A stretch of 55,796 bases of DNA, from the IMG/VR virus record IMGVR_UViG_3300028198_000005, positions 1 through 55,796 of that record. The stretch is one strand, 5' to 3'. The translations under genes were made by a program, and so were the position numbers. Positions 53,403 through 55,796 of this stretch are shown here, piece after piece. The notes under the pieces are model-generated. The model ran no database searches. It was not told the DNA's origin and saw only the letters and a list, made by a program, of their open reading frames with translations. Position 1 is the stretch's first letter; every line of letters begins with the position of its first letter. This DNA comes from a virus (Duplodnaviria; Caudoviricetes).

Positions 53403-55502
53403 ATGATTAAATACGAGCCTAAAAAAGTGGTAGAAATACCAGAAATAGAATTTAATAGATCTGTACAAGGACAGTATAAGACATCTGTAATTAACCCTGA
53501 CGGATCTGCCGAAAGAGAAGGAGACTGGAGTAAGAACTTAATTCTTGATTGTGGCTTGGATAAAATTGCCTACATGCCTTGGGCTCAGGTGTTTCAGTTT
53601 TGCGTAGCCGGAGATCAGCTTTCTGGATCAGTAACCCCCGCAACGATTTCTGACACCGAGTTAGAAAAACCTGCGATGATGAATTCTTTCTACCTTCCGG
53701 GTAGCGGGAACTGTGGATATAATGTTTATTCCAGCGGGGACAACAGGTATTTGCAGCTTTTCAGAACTTTTGATTTTCTCGCTCAAAAGCAAAACGCTAC
53801 GATTACAGAGCTAGGATTTAAAGAAACCCCCGGCGCAAAGAAGCTTTTTTCTCGAGTTGTGTTAGACGGAAACACAGCGGCCGGAAGACCAGACCCAGAA
53901 GTTCTTCGCCCGGGTCAATTCTTAAGAGTAAAATACGAATTAAATGTTCAGCTTGATCCTGTGGCTCCAAGTACGACAGGGTTAATTCCTACCGGTTCAG
54001 ACGGAAATCTTCCTACTATTTCGTGGAGCGGAACAGCGGCTTCTGGGGATAGGCATGGTCTACAGCACATAGGAATGGTAGGTATAGATCATTCCGGTAT
54101 AGCTACTCCTGTAGACGATGGAGGGGCTTGTAATGAGCCGTTTGCTGTTGGGGCTGTGGACTTTGGTCCGGGGTTTGGTTATGTTAATAGATGGCAAAAT
54201 GGGGAAGGGGTACCTAACGAATTTAATACGGCATACGTTTACAGCGGGGAATCTGGCAACGCGGTGGATGGTTGGAGCGGGGACCTATCTTATGCGCTTA
54301 AATACCCGGCAGTACCATCTGGGGTCTGTATAGGGTATAAACAACCGACAGGGACAGAAAGGCTTTCTGATAGACCGGGGCCGCTTTTGACTTTGGTTGA
54401 TCATCAAGATTTTAACAGATTTATAAATCACGAGGCGATAACGAGCTCTACCTTTTTGGGTACTGATATTCACAAGAATATGAGTGGGATTGCAGGAAAT
54501 GGCACTACCTCTAATCTTGTTTCCGGAGCTTCGGGATACTGGCCTTGGGGGGATTACTTGCGTTATCAACAGCTTCAGGATTTTGATACGGTTTACAGTT
54601 TGCCGGGGCAACAGAAGACCTCATTCAGCAGCAATTTCTATGGCCATAGCCAGCTGTTTAACTTCAGCAACAACTCGCTTACTTATGCTACCGTTTTTAA
54701 AACTCCGTTTTTTACTCAAGGTCCATTGACTTTTGTAATGCGTCCTGTCGCTCGATACGGGATAGATAATAGCATGATAAATTGGAGTGCTTTTGGTCCG
54801 TACGTAGGATCTGATGCGGGAACCTCCGCGGATACTAGTTCCGACATCACCAATATGAAGTATTCTCCTCACCATAATCTTTATGCAGTAGAGCTTAACG
54901 CAGAATACGTAAGCAATAACTCGTCTCCAAACAGCAACGATATAAACGAAAGAGCTCAGTATTTTAACGTTACTCACTTTTATGCTCCTAACCAAAACTC
55001 TAATGCTGGGTCTTATTTAACAATGGATGAAAGCGTAACCACTAGAGGTTTTGACGACGCTTCGTCGAGCGTTTTTTGGGGGCCTTGGGATATGAGAGGA
55101 GCTTCCTGTTTCTTATCTACGAACACAGGGACCGTTCAACCTTTCGGAAGCACAGGCGTAGCTTTTGATAGGTCGGCTGGAGAAGATTTTTACGAGCTTC
55201 CTTTAAGGAAGGCAGAATACAACGCCGCTCAAAGCGGAGACTCAAGGACTCTTACTAAGTTTTGCTTCTATGATAACGCAGTTGGCAATACAATAGAAAA
55301 CGGTCAAACTGTGCATCCTTCATGGAGTACTATAGGGGTTGGAGCCACTACTGACTGGTCAATTAATCCGGTTTCTATGAGCGGTGCGGCTAGAGACAAT
55401 GGTTATGTCTACAGGCTTGAAACCCCTAGAGAAAAAGATAACGACCATATCTTAAAGGTTTCATTTAAGTATACTTGGACTAGGAACACTGGGCAACTAT
55501 AA
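53403..55502 (+). CDS. putative tail/baseplate protein
   Basis: NLILDCGLD, RTFDF, ITELG, LFSRVVL and LRVKYEL motifs. Confidence 0.6.
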   Translation: MIKYEPKKVVEIPEIEFNRSVQGQYKTSVINPDGSAEREGDWSKNLILDCGLDKIAYMPWAQVFQFCVAGDQLSGSVTPATISDTELEKPAMMNSFYLPGSGNCGYNVYSSGDNRYLQLFRTFDFLAQKQNATITELGFKETPGAKKLFSRVVLDGNTAAGRPDPEVLRPGQFLRVKYELNVQLDPVAPSTTGLIPTGSDGNLPTISWSGTAASGDRHGLQHIGMVGIDHSGIATPVDDGGACNEPFAVGAVDFGPGFGYVNRWQNGEGVPNEFNTAYVYSGESGNAVDGWSGDLSYALKYPAVPSGVCIGYKQPTGTERLSDRPGPLLTLVDHQDFNRFINHEAITSSTFLGTDIHKNMSGIAGNGTTSNLVSGASGYWPWGDYLRYQQLQDFDTVYSLPGQQKTSFSSNFYGHSQLFNFSNNSLTYATVFKTPFFTQGPLTFVMRPVARYGIDNSMINWSAFGPYVGSDAGTSADTSSDITNMKYSPHHNLYAVELNAEYVSNNSSPNSNDINERAQYFNVTHFYAPNQNSNAGSYLTMDESVTTRGFDDASSSVFWGPWDMRGASCFLSTNTGTVQPFGSTGVAFDRSAGEDFYELPLRKAEYNAAQSGDSRTLTKFCFYDNAVGNTIENGQTVHPSWSTIGVGATTDWSINPVSMSGAARDNGYVYRLETPREKDNDHILKVSFKYTWTRNTGQL

Positions 55503-55511
55503 TGAATTTAA

Positions 55512-55796
55512 ATGAGTTTCAATCTAGAAGTCATAAATACAGGGACTACCGCAAATGACGGAAATGGAGACCCTTTAAGGACCGCGTTTTATTATACTTA
55601 TAAGAATGACCTTCTGTTAAGCGGGGAAATAGTTAACTTAAGCGGCAACTTAGCTGTGGCTTATACAGATGCGGATAACGCTTTAAGCGCCAGAATAGAA
55701 TCTACTGGGTCCAACTTACAATCCCAGCTACCAATAGAAACAAACAGAACTTACAATAATTTAAACAGCGGCGAATATATAGATATAACCAACGGA
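55512..55796 (+). CDS. baseplate/tail protein with a T4 gp9/gp10-like N-terminal motif, 3'-truncated
   Basis: INTGTTANDGNGDPLRTAF; open to the window end (not in the ORF track). Confidence 0.65.
   Translation, partial: MSFNLEVINTGTTANDGNGDPLRTAFYYTYKNDLLLSGEIVNLSGNLAVAYTDADNALSARIESTGSNLQSQLPIETNRTYNNLNSGEYIDITNG

Noticed and set aside
1-55796. Alternative genetic code, introns/inteins, or diversity-generating retroelement
   Set aside because: Core genes read intact in the standard code, with all three stops used. No splicing motifs, reverse transcriptase or adenine-specific TR/VR pair seen; the 18.7/23.9-kb duplicate differs at all base types.

Overview
Segment of a large, AT-rich, tailed dsDNA phage genome. 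No integrase or recombinase is visible. Host-like accessory genes weakly suggest a Verrucomicrobiota/PVC host. (i) 1-9.0 kb, + strand: middle-type genes (RIIB-like, HhH glycosylase-like, many small ORFs, RuvB-like ATPase) and an AT-rich intergenic region with five 27-bp iteron-like repeats. (ii) 9.3-24.3 kb: an early/host-takeover-type region of small, mostly minus-strand genes, most with their own near-consensus sigma70 promoter and almost no leader. It also holds tRNA-Cys and a cluster of probable structured ncRNAs. It is cut into 1-3 kb blocks by seven copies of a 73-74 bp double-palindrome element (TAAGTC-N13-GACTTA / 23-24 bp GC spacer / TAAGTC-N13-GACTTA). The element occurs in whole-inverted and spacer-flipped forms and is flanked either by TTGGCACG (sigma54-like) motifs or by AAATA-rich tracts. 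This is the best candidate for an undescribed system. (iii) 24.4-55.8 kb: accessory genes (HMA protein, ankyrin-nucleotide cyclase, LamG, MscS-like, PhoH), a sigma-like factor, an ERCC4 nuclease and the morphogenesis module (terminase, portal, tail proteins, lysis-like genes, protease/scaffold, decoration, major capsid). Many of these genes are preceded by a shared GTGTA late-promoter-like motif. All product calls come from recognising motifs by eye; no database search was run.
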